From Alphaproteobacteria bacterium (GTDB lineage: Bacteria; Pseudomonadota; Alphaproteobacteria; GCA-2746255): DNA of 64,000 nt. The notes beneath the pieces were generated by a model. The model made no database searches. It saw only the letters and a program-made list of their open reading frames with translations, and was not told where the DNA came from. The stretch covers positions 1,888,001 through 1,952,000 of the forward strand of contig OZ252220.1 of the NCBI GenBank assembly GCA_965249135.1, given 5' to 3'. Position numbers and translations under genes: made by a program. Within the stretch, counting starts at the first letter, position 1. Every line of letters starts with the position of its first letter. Positions 50,870 to 61,527 of the stretch are shown here, in pieces.

Positions 50870-51595
50870 ATGTGGCGCGACGTAGTCGATTTAAGAGATT
50901 TTTATGCGACCAGCATCGGCCATATTGCGCGCCGGATGATCTGGACGCAAATCCGCCGGTTGTGGCCGAATCTGATTGGGCAGTCGGTTCTGGGCGTAGG
51001 CTATGCGACGCCCTATCTCGGTCCTTTCCGCAAAGAGGCCAGCCGCACACTGGCCCTGATGCCCGCTTCCCAAGGGGCCCTGCCATGGCTACCGCAAGGC
51101 CCGGGTCTGACCACCTTGTCGGAGGAATCCGAACTGCCCTTTCCAGACCTTTCAATGGATCGGATCCTGCTCGTCCACGGCCTTGAATTCAGCGACCATG
51201 CGCGCTCGATGATGCGCGAAATTTGGCGCGTGCTTGCCGATGGCGGCCGTCTCCTTGTCGTCGTTCCGAACCGGCGAGGCATATGGGCGCGTCTTGAACG
51301 AACGCCTTTCGGGCATGGAAGCCCCTATACGACGTCACAACTCTCCCGACTGCTGCGTGAAAATATGTTCACCCCAGTGGAGACCAGCCGAGCACTCTTC
51401 GTACCGCCGACTACTTCAAAGGTTTTGTTGAGTTCGGCCCCCGCTTGGGAAAAGCTAGGCCTGCATTGGTTTCCGACCTTCGCCGGGGTCATTTTGATGG
51501 AAGCCAGCAAGCAGATTTACGCGGTCGCATCGATAACACCGGAACGGCGCCGGTCCTATGTGCCCATTTCCGATGGTGTCTCGCAGCGAAACTAA
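50870..51595 (+). CDS. Class I SAM-dependent methyltransferase domain protein
   Basis: LGVGYATPYL, LPF.D.S.DRILLVH.LE, WRVL...GR; usual divergent partner of gloB. Confidence 0.85.
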   Translation: MWRDVVDLRDFYATSIGHIARRMIWTQIRRLWPNLIGQSVLGVGYATPYLGPFRKEASRTLALMPASQGALPWLPQGPGLTTLSEESELPFPDLSMDRILLVHGLEFSDHARSMMREIWRVLADGGRLLVVVPNRRGIWARLERTPFGHGSPYTTSQLSRLLRENMFTPVETSRALFVPPTTSKVLLSSAPAWEKLGLHWFPTFAGVILMEASKQIYAVASITPERRRSYVPISDGVSQRN

Positions 51596-52233
51596 GTGCT
51601 TCTGCGGCGCAGCAGGAAGACGGCTTGTTCGCCGAAAAGATTCGGAAAGAAATGGGCGAGTCCCGATCGACCAGCTCGGCCGGAATGGTCAAGCGAAATT
51701 CGCTTTTCCATGACAATGCCGAGTTCTTTGCACAAATCGATAAAATCGCGAATCGTGCAATTGTGAATATTGGGTGTTTCGTACCACGGTCGATTAAAGG
51801 CGCCTCCAATTGGCATCTTCCCGCGCAAAAGCAGATCCAAACGGACACGCCAATAGCCGAAATTATGGAAGGAGATGATCGCCCGGTGGCTGATGCGAAG
51901 CATTTCCGAAAGCACTTCCTTTGGGGCGTGCATTGCCTGCAGGGTTTGACTGAGCACGACGTAGTCGAAGGACTGCACAGGGTAATCCTTGAGGTCCGTT
52001 TCCGCATCGCCTTGGATAACGGAAAGCCCCCGGCTGACACAGAGGTGAACGCGCTCCTGCTTGATTTCAATTCCCCGACCATCGACCTGTTTTTCATGGA
52101 CGAGATAATCGAGAAGGCCACCATCCCCGCAACCGATGTCAAGCACGCGGCTGCCGGGTGCAACGATCTCGGCAATGCGCTGCAGGTCGACACGGATGGG
52201 TGGCAGGTGATTGTTGGCTTGCGTTTCAGTCAT
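51592..52233 (-). CDS. metW: Methionine biosynthesis protein MetW
   Basis: [24 protein letters not shown]; follows metX. Confidence 0.93.
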   Translation of the reverse strand: MTETQANNHLPPIRVDLQRIAEIVAPGSRVLDIGCGDGGLLDYLVHEKQVDGRGIEIKQERVHLCVSRGLSVIQGDAETDLKDYPVQSFDYVVLSQTLQAMHAPKEVLSEMLRISHRAIISFHNFGYWRVRLDLLLRGKMPIGGAFNRPWYETPNIHNCTIRDFIDLCKELGIVMEKRISLDHSGRAGRSGLAHFFPNLFGEQAVFLLRRRST

Positions 52234-53381
52234 GGCTGCGTTAGCCCCCGATGTTCGGCGGCGCCATTCAGGAATCCCTGAAGGGTTTCCATGAATTTCG
52301 GTTCGTCCAGCAGAAAGGCATCGTGGCCCATGTCGGTATCGATCTCCACGAAACTGACGTTCGCGGCGACCCCATTCAGGGCATGCACGACCTCACGACT
52401 TTCGGCCGTAGGAAAAAGCCAGTCGCTGGTGAAAGAGATGACGCAGAAGCGGGTCTGCGTTCCACGAAACGCATTCGCCAATATGCCATCGTGTTCGCTC
52501 ACGAGGTCAAAATAATCCATGGCACGCGTAATATAGAGATAGGAGTTTGCATCGAACCGATCGACAAAGGTGCTCCCCTGGTGACGAAGGTAGCTTTCAA
52601 CCTGAAAATCCGCATCGAAACCATAGGTCACGGCTTTCCGGTCTTGAAGTGCACGGCCAAATTTCCGCGTCAATGCTGCTTCCGAAAGGTAAGTTATGTG
52701 TGCGGCCATGCGTGCCACGGCCAAACCGCGTGTCGGCCGCTTTCCATGGGTTAAATAATCGCCGCCACACCAATCGGGGTCCGAGATAATGGCTTGGCGT
52801 CCAACTTCGTGAAAGGCGATGTTCTGGGCAGAATGCCGTGCCGCAGCCGCGATAGGGACGGCGGAAAATACACGCTCCGGAAAGTTTGCGGCCCATTGCA
52901 GCACCTGCATGCCGCCCATTGAACCGCCGATGACGCAAAACAACTGTTCGATGTTCAGGTGGTCGAGTAAGAGCGCCTGCGCACGCACGATGTCGGCAAT
53001 CGTGATCACCGGGAAATCGAGTCCATAGGGCTTACCGGTGGCGGGATTAATTTCCTTCGGCCCGCTCGTCCCCATGCAACCACCCAGCACATTCGAGCAG
53101 ATAATAAAATAGCGCTCCGGGTCCAGGGGTCGCCCGGCTCCGATCACCCGATCCCACCAACCAGGCTTCTCCTGCTCAGGGTGAGCGCCAGCGACGTATT
53201 GATCTCCTGTCAACGCATGGCAAACCAGGATCGCGTTCGTGCGATCGGCGTTGAGGCGTCCGTAGGTCTGATAAGCGATGGTGAAGGGACCAAGGCCGAC
53301 ACCGCGGTCGAGAGAAAGCGGCGTCGCGGTCCCCAGCTCAACTTTTCCACCCTCGCCGACAACTTCGCTGACCTGTGACAT
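52230..53381 (-). CDS. metX: Homoserine O-acetyltransferase
   Basis: [34 protein letters not shown]. Confidence 0.95.
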   Translation of the reverse strand: MSQVSEVVGEGGKVELGTATPLSLDRGVGLGPFTIAYQTYGRLNADRTNAILVCHALTGDQYVAGAHPEQEKPGWWDRVIGAGRPLDPERYFIICSNVLGGCMGTSGPKEINPATGKPYGLDFPVITIADIVRAQALLLDHLNIEQLFCVIGGSMGGMQVLQWAANFPERVFSAVPIAAAARHSAQNIAFHEVGRQAIISDPDWCGGDYLTHGKRPTRGLAVARMAAHITYLSEAALTRKFGRALQDRKAVTYGFDADFQVESYLRHQGSTFVDRFDANSYLYITRAMDYFDLVSEHDGILANAFRGTQTRFCVISFTSDWLFPTAESREVVHALNGVAANVSFVEIDTDMGHDAFLLDEPKFMETLQGFLNGAAEHRGLTQP

Positions 53382-53542
53382 GGCTGCGCTTACGGATTGG
53401 TTCCGTCCTTCGAAGACCGGTTTGGAAAGGTTGCATAGCTAGGTTCCAGGGATCGGACTGTCAATGTTTTCTTTGATTTTCCAAGCATCTCCGACTACTA
53501 CTAACGCCCACTAACGCCTCGCGAAATTTGGTTTGGAACGAG

Positions 53543-54448
53543 ATGGCGGACGGGAGATCCCTTGAGGAGCTGCGCCACGATATCGATCAGATTGACGACT
53601 CCATCCAGGAGCTTTTATGGCAGCGGACGGCTGTCGTCGAAAGGATTCGGGCGTTTAAGCACAAGCAGCGTGCCTTCCGGCGCGGCGGATTCTTTCGGCC
53701 TAGCCGCGAACATGAGGTCCTAAGGCGACTCGTTCATCGTCATCGCGGGCGTTTCCCGAAATCGGCCCTTGTCCAAATTTGGCGGGCAATCATTGCGGCG
53801 CATTTAGCGCATCAGGAAAACTTCTCCCTCTCCGTGTACCACCCGAAATCAAAAGATAGGTGCTGGGATCTGGCGCGCGAGCAATACGGGCCTATCGTGC
53901 CGATGACCTCCGAATCTTCGGTGACGACGGTTCTTAGGAAAGTTGCTGAACGCACCGCGTCCGCCGGCGTGCTTCCGGTCCCAGGGAAAAAGGAAGATTC
54001 CTGGTGGCGGCATCTCACGGAACGCTTTTCAGACTTGCAAATCGTCGCCGGTCTTCCGTTTGCCGACTTCCAAAGCGGTAGCGAAGGGGTGCAGGCCTTG
54101 ATCGTCGCGCCAATTTCAGCGGAACCGACCGGAAAGGATCGCAGTTTCCTGGTTGTTGAATCATCGGCTGGCATCAGTCCTGTACGGCTCACAAGGGCGC
54201 TTACTCGTGAAAGGATCAGCGGCCGATCCGTACTTTCATGGCGAAATGCCGCGAAACGTCAAAAGAGCCTTTCCCTGATCGAGGTGGATGGATTTTTTGG
54301 TAAAGAGGATCCTATGCTTGACCGCGTTTTAAAACGCCTTGGACGGCCGGCACAGAGGGTTCGTGTCATCGGAAGCTACGCCGTGCCGCTGAACGGCGCG
54401 CAACGGAAGCGAAAGGGGAAACCTTCCAGTGAGCGCTCCAAAGCTTAG
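53543..54448 (+). CDS. Chorismate mutase (AroQ domain plus C-terminal extension)
   Basis: LEELRHDIDQIDD...R....IR..K...RPSRE..VLRRL; leads the hisC-tyrC operon. Confidence 0.85.
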   Translation: MADGRSLEELRHDIDQIDDSIQELLWQRTAVVERIRAFKHKQRAFRRGGFFRPSREHEVLRRLVHRHRGRFPKSALVQIWRAIIAAHLAHQENFSLSVYHPKSKDRCWDLAREQYGPIVPMTSESSVTTVLRKVAERTASAGVLPVPGKKEDSWWRHLTERFSDLQIVAGLPFADFQSGSEGVQALIVAPISAEPTGKDRSFLVVESSAGISPVRLTRALTRERISGRSVLSWRNAAKRQKSLSLIEVDGFFGKEDPMLDRVLKRLGRPAQRVRVIGSYAVPLNGAQRKRKGKPSSERSKA

Positions 54449-55517
54449 GCCTGGCATTCTCGGGATTACGCCTTATGTCGGCGGGGAATCGCACCTTCCC
54501 GGTATGGAGAGCGCGATCAAACTCTCGTCGAATGAAGGCGCGCTCGGACCGAGTCCGAAGGCGATCGAGGCGTATCTGGCGGCGGCCGCCGATTTGCAAC
54601 GCTACCCGGATGGAAGTTCGGCCGGGTTGCGCAAGGCCATTGGCGAGCGATTCGGGCTCGACCCTGAACGGATCGTCTGCGGCAACGGCTCGGACGATCT
54701 CCTCGCCTTACTTACCCGGGCCTATGCCGGCCCGGAGGACGAAGTCCTCCATAGCGAGCATGGCTTCCTCATCTTTCCGATCTTGGCCCGTAGCGTCGGC
54801 GCGACGCCGGTTGCCGTACCCGAGCAGAACCTGACGGCCGATGTGGACGGATTTCTTGCGCGCGTGACGGCACATACGCGGATTGTCTTGCTTGCGAACC
54901 CGAACAACCCGACGGGAAGCTACCTTGATGGGGAAGCGCTTTGTCACTTGCGACAAGAATTGCCGCCGGAAGTTTTACTGGTGATCGATTCGGCCTATGC
55001 GGAATTCGTGACGGAAACGAACTACTCGGCGGGGGTTGATCTGGTCGACGCGGGCGAAAACGTCGTTATGACGCGGACGTTTTCAAAGATTTTTGCCTTG
55101 AGCGCCCTTCGCATTGGTTGGGCGTATTGCCCGCCGGCAATCGCGGACGTGCTCAATCGGTTGCGCCTTCCCTTTAACGTTGTGGGCCCGGCGCAGGCGG
55201 CGGGGGTGGCGGCACTCAAGGACGTCGCATTTTTTGATCAAGCAAAGGCCCACAACGTGCAATGGCGAACGTGGCTTGCCGAGGAATTGAAAAAGATTGG
55301 CCTTCAGGTTTATCCAAGTGTTGCGAATTTTCTTCTCGTGCGCTTTCCTGACGATCCGTCACGGAATGCCGATGCCGCGAATCAATTTCTGAATGAGAAG
55401 GGAATCATTCCTCGTAAGGTTGAAAACTATGGCCTTCTTGGCTGTCTGCGAATTACGATCGGCAAAGAAAGCGAACTGCGTGCAGTCGTGAAAGTGCTTG
55501 CCGACTTCATGGGTTAG
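54429..55517 (+). CDS. hisC: Histidinol-phosphate aminotransferase
   Basis: KLSSNE, NPNNPTG, D.AYAE, RTFSKIF.L..LRIGW. Confidence 0.95.
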   Translation: MSAPKLRPGILGITPYVGGESHLPGMESAIKLSSNEGALGPSPKAIEAYLAAAADLQRYPDGSSAGLRKAIGERFGLDPERIVCGNGSDDLLALLTRAYAGPEDEVLHSEHGFLIFPILARSVGATPVAVPEQNLTADVDGFLARVTAHTRIVLLANPNNPTGSYLDGEALCHLRQELPPEVLLVIDSAYAEFVTETNYSAGVDLVDAGENVVMTRTFSKIFALSALRIGWAYCPPAIADVLNRLRLPFNVVGPAQAAGVAALKDVAFFDQAKAHNVQWRTWLAEELKKIGLQVYPSVANFLLVRFPDDPSRNADAANQFLNEKGIIPRKVENYGLLGCLRITIGKESELRAVVKVLADFMG

Positions 55518-55520
55518 ACG

Positions 55521-56408
55521 ATGACATCAACTCCTTTGTTTGGATCGATTGCGTTGATTGGCTTGGGGCTGATCGGGTCTTCGCTCGCCCGCGTCATGAA
55601 ACGCGAAGGCCTGGCGGGCGAGATCGTCGGCTGCGCACAAAGCCAGGCAACGCGCGACAAGGCGATGGAACTTGGTTTCGTGGATCGCGTGGAAACGGAT
55701 GCGGGCAAGGCGGCGGAGGGTGCCGATCTTGTCGTGATCTGTACGCCCCTTGGCACGTACAAGGCATTGGGCGAAGCGATCGCACCACATTTGAAAAAGG
55801 GTGCGATCCTGAGCGATGTGGGTTCCGTCAAGGAGGCCGTCCTGCGCGAACTCGGCCCGCTTGTCCCGGAAGGGGCTCATTTCGTGCCGGCCCACCCGGT
55901 TGCCGGCACGGAACATTCCGGCCCGGAGGCGGGCTTCGACACCCTTTTCGAGGAGCGCTGGTGCGTGCTGACGCCGCCGAAGGGAACTTCGACGCAAGCC
56001 GTTAAACGCGTTGCCGAACTTTGGCGACGGGTCGGCAGCAAGATCGAGATCATGGATGCCGCTCATCATGACAAGGTCATGGCCATCACGTCCCATCTGC
56101 CCCACTTGATTGCCTACACCATTGTTGGGACGGCGACGGATTTGGAAGAAAGTGCGCGTGCCGAAGTCATCAAGTTTTCCGCATCCGGATTTCGTGACTT
56201 CACACGCATCGCGGCCTCGGATCCAGTCATGTGGCGGGACATTTTCCTGAACAATCAGGAGGCGGTTCTTGAGATGTTGGGTCGATTCAGCGAGGATCTC
56301 ACGGCCTTGCAACGGGCGATTCGTTGGGGTGACGAGAAAAAACTGCAGGATCTCTTCACGCGAACGCGTGCCATCCGCCGCAGTATCATTGACGCGAAGC
56401 AAGCTTAG
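55521..56408 (+). CDS. tyrC: Prephenate/arogenate (cyclohexadienyl) dehydrogenase
   Basis: GLGLIGSS, DVGSVK, HPVAGTE.SG, SHLPH, FRDFTRIA. Confidence 0.92.
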   Translation: MTSTPLFGSIALIGLGLIGSSLARVMKREGLAGEIVGCAQSQATRDKAMELGFVDRVETDAGKAAEGADLVVICTPLGTYKALGEAIAPHLKKGAILSDVGSVKEAVLRELGPLVPEGAHFVPAHPVAGTEHSGPEAGFDTLFEERWCVLTPPKGTSTQAVKRVAELWRRVGSKIEIMDAAHHDKVMAITSHLPHLIAYTIVGTATDLEESARAEVIKFSASGFRDFTRIAASDPVMWRDIFLNNQEAVLEMLGRFSEDLTALQRAIRWGDEKKLQDLFTRTRAIRRSIIDAKQA

Positions 56409-56475
56409 GACGACACCGTCGCGTTTATTTGTATAGGACGTGGGACAGGTGGGGCCGCTCGGCCGATCCAACGGG

Positions 56476-57006
56476 ATGATCGAAGACACAACTGCGTGGG
56501 TTTTTGCTTACGGCTCGTTGATGTGGAATCCGGGGTTCGAGTATCTCGAGGAACACCCGGCGCTTCTACGGGGGTACCATCGGGCCCTCTGCATTTTCTC
56601 GCATATTTACCGGGGTTCGGAGGAAAAGCCGGGCTTGGTCCTTGGCCTTAACCGGGGGGGCGCTTGTCAGGGACGCGCATTTCGCATTCCTCACGAACGC
56701 GAAGCGGAAATCCTTACCTATCTCGATGATCGAGAGCTGGTAACAGGGGTGTATGTAAGGCGGGGCCTTCCCGTGGGCATTCCGGGGGGTCGGGTCTTGG
56801 CCCATGCCTATGTGGCGAATCCGACCCACCCTCAATACGCCGGGAAGGTGGCGCCGGAAAAAGCCGCCCGGATCATTGCCGAACGGGCAGGGCCTGCGGG
56901 AACGAATCTTGAGTACTTCGAGAACACGGTCAATCATCTCGAAACCCTCGGCATCCGTGATCACGGCCTCCTTCGAATCCGTGAAATCCTTCGAACCTTC
57001 TCCTGA
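56476..57006 (+). CDS. Gamma-glutamylcyclotransferase (ChaC family)
   Basis: WVFAYGSLMWNPGF, YRG..EKPGLVLGL, RE. Confidence 0.9.
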   Translation: MIEDTTAWVFAYGSLMWNPGFEYLEEHPALLRGYHRALCIFSHIYRGSEEKPGLVLGLNRGGACQGRAFRIPHEREAEILTYLDDRELVTGVYVRRGLPVGIPGGRVLAHAYVANPTHPQYAGKVAPEKAARIIAERAGPAGTNLEYFENTVNHLETLGIRDHGLLRIREILRTFS

Positions 57007-57026
57007 GTGCCGGCGTGAGAGAGGTG

Positions 57027-59342
57027 CTAGGCGCACCTTGAATAGTCACACGATGTGCACAGATCACACCCTTCTTGGTAGATTATGCTCGCCTCGCCAC
57101 ATTTTGGACATTGCGGGAGGCGCTGGCTGAGCATTCCGACGACCTGCCTCTCCGCCCTGGCTTGCGGTTTTTCTTCGGCTTGTGGTCCCGTCAGGAACCC
57201 GATTTCGATCATGTGCCGTTCGATGACTTCGCCAATGGCGGCAAGAAGCGAAGGCACATAACGGCCACCCACCCATTGGCCGCCACGTGGATCGAAGACA
57301 GCCTTCAGTTCATCGACGACGAAAGAAACGTCACCACCACGGCGGAAGACGGCGCTAATCATGCGGGTAAGGGCGACCGTCCAGGCATAGTGTTCCATGT
57401 TCTTCGAGTTGATGAAAATCTCGAACGGACGACGGCGACCATCCTGAACCACGTCGTTGATCGTGATGTACATGGCGTGGTCGCTGTCGGGCCACTTCAC
57501 CTTGTAAGTCTGTCCCGGAAGCTCCCCCGGCCGGTCGAGGGGCCGGGTCATGTAGACGACCCCGCCAGCCTCGAACGCGTCTCCCGGCTGTGGCCCAACG
57601 CTTTGATGGTCGAGCGGCAACTCTTCCTGCGTTTCGTGCGGCGCCTCTTCCTCGGCAACCAGCACCGCGCCGGTAACCTCGTTCGGGCGATAGGTCGTGC
57701 AGCCCTTGCAGCCCATCTCGTAAGCATCGAGGTAGACGTCCCGAAAATCTTCGAAGGATAGGCCTTCCGGGCAATTGATCGTTTTCGAAATCGAGCTGTC
57801 CACATAGGCTTGCACGGTGATCTGCATGCGCAGATGTTCGCGTGGCGTCAGGTGTTGGGTGTCGATGAAATAGTCCGGAAGGAGTGCTTTTTCTCCTCTC
57901 ATTCGGTGGTAGAGGCGATAGGCGTAATCGATTACTCCCTCTTCCCGCCGGCTACCATCCGGCATCTGGATGTTTCGCTTGTAGGTGTAGCTGAAGACCG
58001 GCTCCAATCCGGAGGAGGCATTATCGGCCAAAAGCGATATCGTTCCTGTCGGCGCTATCGAAGTGAGAAGGGAATTACGTATACCTTTCTTGCGGATTGC
58101 TTCCTGGACGTCTGTGTCGAGTTCCTGAATGGTCTGGCTGGCAAGGTAGGCTTTTGCGTCGTAGAGCGGAAAACTGCCTTTCTCCTCGGCAAGCTCCGTC
58201 GAGGTGAAATACGCAGCACGTTGGATCGTATGCATCCATTCCTTGGTCAGTTCAATCGCTCGCTTGCCGCCGTAGCGCGTCTCGCAAAGGATTAGCGCAT
58301 CCGCAAGGCCGGTTACACCGAGGCCGATTCGCCGTTTCATTTGCGCTTCATGTTGCTGCTGGGGCAGTGGGAACTTCGAGACGTCGATCACATTATCAAG
58401 CATACGAATGGCGACGGAGACGATCTTGGAAAGTTCGTCATGCTCTATTCGCGCTTTATCCGAGAATGGATTGCGAACCAAACGGGCCAGATTGACCGAC
58501 CCCAACAAGCAGGCGCCATAAGGCGGCAGGGGTTGTTCACCGCAGGGATTCGTCGCGTGGATTTCTTCGCAGTAATAGAGGTTGTTCCGTTGATTTATCC
58601 GATCGATGAAGATGACGCCGGGTTCCGCATAGGCATATGTCGCCCGCATGATTTTGTCCCACAACTCGCGGGCCGGAAGACTCTTGTAACAGACCCCATC
58701 GAAGATCAGTTCCCACGATCCATCCTCCTTCACGGCCTTCATAAACGCGTCCGTCACCAGGACGGAAAGGTTGAACATGCGCAACCGCCCGGCTTCCCGC
58801 TTTGCCTCGATGAAGGCTTCGATGTCGGGGTGATCGCAACGCATCGTGGCCATCATGGCCCCGCGACGGGAACCTGCGCTCATGATCGTCCGGCACATGG
58901 CATCCCATACGTCCATGAAAGAAAGCGGCCCGGAGGCATCCGCACCGACGCCATGAACCGGCGCACCCTTCGGCCGGAGCGTTGAAAAGTCGTAGCCGAT
59001 GCCGCCGCCCTGCTGCATCGTCAGCGCCGCCTCCTTCAAATTCTCGAAGATACCGCCCATGTCGTCCGGGATCGTTCCCATGACGAAGCAGTTGAAAAGT
59101 GTGACGCCTCTCTTGGCACCCGCACCCGCAACGATTCGGCCGGCCGGCAGAAAGTGAAAATCCGCCATGACCTCGTAAAAACGGTCCGCCCACCGATCGG
59201 GGTCTTTTTCCGGCTGGGCAAGAGCCTTCGCGACCCGCCGCCAGGTGTCCTCGATGGTTTTATCCACAGGCTCGCCGGTGGCGGTCTTCAAGCGGTATTT
59301 CATGTCCCAGATTTGTTGGGAGATGGGGGCGACGGAAACCAT
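57027..59342 (-). CDS. nrdJ: Adenosylcobalamin-dependent ribonucleotide reductase (class II)
   Basis: TLFNCFV, TNPCGEQPL...CLLGS, IAPTGTIS, KGCTTYR, C-terminal CPKC...C.SCDYSRC. Confidence 0.94.
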   Translation of the reverse strand: MVSVAPISQQIWDMKYRLKTATGEPVDKTIEDTWRRVAKALAQPEKDPDRWADRFYEVMADFHFLPAGRIVAGAGAKRGVTLFNCFVMGTIPDDMGGIFENLKEAALTMQQGGGIGYDFSTLRPKGAPVHGVGADASGPLSFMDVWDAMCRTIMSAGSRRGAMMATMRCDHPDIEAFIEAKREAGRLRMFNLSVLVTDAFMKAVKEDGSWELIFDGVCYKSLPARELWDKIMRATYAYAEPGVIFIDRINQRNNLYYCEEIHATNPCGEQPLPPYGACLLGSVNLARLVRNPFSDKARIEHDELSKIVSVAIRMLDNVIDVSKFPLPQQQHEAQMKRRIGLGVTGLADALILCETRYGGKRAIELTKEWMHTIQRAAYFTSTELAEEKGSFPLYDAKAYLASQTIQELDTDVQEAIRKKGIRNSLLTSIAPTGTISLLADNASSGLEPVFSYTYKRNIQMPDGSRREEGVIDYAYRLYHRMRGEKALLPDYFIDTQHLTPREHLRMQITVQAYVDSSISKTINCPEGLSFEDFRDVYLDAYEMGCKGCTTYRPNEVTGAVLVAEEEAPHETQEELPLDHQSVGPQPGDAFEAGGVVYMTRPLDRPGELPGQTYKVKWPDSDHAMYITINDVVQDGRRRPFEIFINSKNMEHYAWTVALTRMISAVFRRGGDVSFVVDELKAVFDPRGGQWVGGRYVPSLLAAIGEVIERHMIEIGFLTGPQAEEKPQARAERQVVGMLSQRLPQCPKCGEASIIYQEGCDLCTSCDYSRCA

Positions 59343-59440
59343 GGCAGGCCTTGGGCGTTACGAAAGGACGGTGCGTTCAACTTCCCGGAGAATCCGATAA
59401 ATTATTCTAAAAGCTAGCAATTTTTAGATACGACCTCACT

Positions 59441-59490
59441 ACTCTAGGTGGCCGGATGGTGGCCGTCAAGGGAATGTTCTTGTTATGTTT
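59441..59490 (-). promoter_or_regulatory. nrdJ promoter with adjacent alphaproteobacterial LexA-like box
   Basis: Minus strand TTGACG-N17-TAGAGT (59469-59441); GTTC-ttgttat-GTTT at 59476-59490, one mismatch from GTTC-N7-GTTC. Confidence 0.55.
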
Positions 59491-59639
59491 CCACACGAGC
59501 CGCAGCTTTCAATATCATGTTTCCAAGTCATATTTTTAGATTATTCCGGCTTTTCATGGACCGATTTCCCGCTTATCCACAGCTTCGTCCACGCCGCGCC
59601 ATTCGGAAATTCGAAGCAGGCGAGCCTTTTCCCAGCTCC

Positions 59640-60341
59640 CTAGAGAAGCTTGGTGGTAGCGCCTTCGATTTGTCGCTCGAGTTCAGCCAGGAAGGCTTCC
59701 TTCCTGAGGCCCGTCGGGATGGGCGGCAGGAACTCAAGAATGACCTTCCCTGGCCGCTTGATGAAGCTTCGCCGGCGCCAGAAAAGACCGGAATTCAAAG
59801 CCACCGGTACGACCGGGACATGAAGGTGGGAATAAAGCGCCACAATACCCGGGTGATAGGGGCGATGGCTTCCTGGCGCCACTCGCGTGCCTTCCGGAAA
59901 CACGATAATCGGCCGTCCTTCCGCGAGCACTTCCTTGGCACGCTGCAGCATTCGCCGAACCGCGATGATGCCTGCCTTCCGGTCGATCGGGACAAGATGG
60001 GCCCTCCACACGTAAAGGCCAAAAATCGGAATGAAGAGAATTTCACGCTTGATAACAAAACTCGGGTTATTGAGGACGAAGACATACGCCATCGTTTCCC
60101 ATGCTGACTGATGTTTCGAGGCGATGATGCAAGGTCCTGACGGCAGATGTTTCCGTCCACGAATCTCGACCGTGATACCGACAACGTGTTCCAGTAGCCA
60201 TGCCATGCTTCTGGTCCAGAATCGTTGCAGAAAAATTTGTTTTTGTCTGGGGAGCAGGAGAAGCGGCAGAAAGCCAAACGCGAGGATGGCTGTCCATCCG
60301 AAGAACAGCAGATTGAAGATGGCAGAACGCAAGAAAATCAT
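59640..60341 (-). CDS. plsC: 1-acyl-sn-glycerol-3-phosphate acyltransferase
   Basis: KHQSAWET, FPEGTR, PVVPVALN. Confidence 0.92.
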   Translation of the reverse strand: MIFLRSAIFNLLFFGWTAILAFGFLPLLLLPRQKQIFLQRFWTRSMAWLLEHVVGITVEIRGRKHLPSGPCIIASKHQSAWETMAYVFVLNNPSFVIKREILFIPIFGLYVWRAHLVPIDRKAGIIAVRRMLQRAKEVLAEGRPIIVFPEGTRVAPGSHRPYHPGIVALYSHLHVPVVPVALNSGLFWRRRSFIKRPGKVILEFLPPIPTGLRKEAFLAELERQIEGATTKLL

Positions 60342-60979
60342 GACGATGCGATGTAGCCCGCAGTTTCTGATGCAAAGAAGCGCAGATGGGCCAGTAAAAA
60401 CTTATGATATTCCGCTAAAACCAGCTTTGCCGATCCTGGCCATCGCCACCACTGTTCGCGATGGAAGTTTTTCGGGAAGACGGGGTGCGGAATGATTTTT
60501 GCGCCTGGAATGGCATGATGGAATTCCAATAGGCTTCGTGGCATGTGGTAGTTTGCCGTGACCAGCCGTAACGACTGGAACCCTTCCCTTGTCATCCAAC
60601 TTGCTGTTTCACGCGCATTGCCGATGGTATCGCCTGCGGCATAACCGAGCTCGATACAGCAATCGGCTTCCTCCGGACGAATCGTCTCTGCGGGTAGAAT
60701 GTCCTTTACCTGCACGCGCCCGTTCACGCCTGAGATAAAAAGTTTTTTCCCCATGGCGGATCGATAGAGGTTCGTGCCCACTTCGAGCCGTTCACTGCCT
60801 CCTGTCAGCACGACGATGGCGTCGGTGTGCGTCTGCGTGTCGTCAATTCGTTCTGGAATCCGTTCGGTAAAACGTGTGAGCCCATAGGCCCATGCCAGGG
60901 CGAGAAAGGCCAGGAGAAGGTAGGCGAAAAGCCGAGGCTTGCGCGAACGCCGTTTGCGAAAAATGGGAGCCTGCCTCAT
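60338..60979 (-). CDS. YdcF/DUF218 family protein
   Basis: DAIVVLTGG..R, T.GNA.E, LVTANYHMPRS, EYHK. Confidence 0.9.
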   Translation of the reverse strand: MRQAPIFRKRRSRKPRLFAYLLLAFLALAWAYGLTRFTERIPERIDDTQTHTDAIVVLTGGSERLEVGTNLYRSAMGKKLFISGVNGRVQVKDILPAETIRPEEADCCIELGYAAGDTIGNARETASWMTREGFQSLRLVTANYHMPRSLLEFHHAIPGAKIIPHPVFPKNFHREQWWRWPGSAKLVLAEYHKFLLAHLRFFASETAGYIASS

Positions 60980-61524
60980 TTGCCCTCCTTGAGAAGAGAG
61001 TCTACCGCCTCGGAAAGGTTCTCATAGACTGCGACGGGCAGCACGCCCTCTGGTAGCCCTGCCGCTTGGGTCACCGCTCCATTACCCGTACGGACCAGAA
61101 TGCGTGGGCAACCTAAAGCGGCCCCCGCTTCCAAATCGCGCAGCGCATCGCCGATCATCGGCGTCGTCGCCGGCGACGCCGAAAACCGTTCGAGGGCTTC
61201 CGTAAGCATGCCGGGGTTCGGTTTCCGGCGCGGGCCCGCCGCATCGGGCGTGTCGGTGCAGTAGAAGATGGCGTCCAGCCGAGCACCTTCCTTCTTAAGG
61301 GTGTGGCGGAGGTGGTCGTGAATTTGGCAAAGCATTGATTCGGCAATGATACCGCGGCCAACGACGGATTGATTGGTAACGACGGCGACCCGGATGCCTG
61401 CCTGATTCAGGCGCGCGAGCGCCTTTCCAGCACCGGGCAGTAAGACAAGTTCGTCCGGATGCTTGACGTAATCCGCGCGGTTTTCGTTTAACACGCCATC
61501 ACGGTCGAGAAGGACAAGCCGCAT
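60976..61524 (-). CDS. gmhB: D-glycero-beta-D-manno-heptose 1,7-bisphosphate 7-phosphatase (HAD)
   Basis: LDRDGVLN, VTNQS, RKPNPGM, IGDALRD, LVRTG.G. Confidence 0.88.
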   Translation of the reverse strand: MRLVLLDRDGVLNENRADYVKHPDELVLLPGAGKALARLNQAGIRVAVVTNQSVVGRGIIAESMLCQIHDHLRHTLKKEGARLDAIFYCTDTPDAAGPRRKPNPGMLTEALERFSASPATTPMIGDALRDLEAGAALGCPRILVRTGNGAVTQAAGLPEGVLPVAVYENLSEAVDSLLKEGK

Positions 61525-61527
61525 GGT

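Noticed and set aside
53382-53540. SAM riboswitch upstream of metX
   Set aside because: No SAM-II or other recognisable aptamer consensus by eye.
59436-59452. NrdR box over the nrdJ -10
   Set aside because: CACTACTCTAGGTG matches the NrdR consensus only at its flanks; too weak to call.
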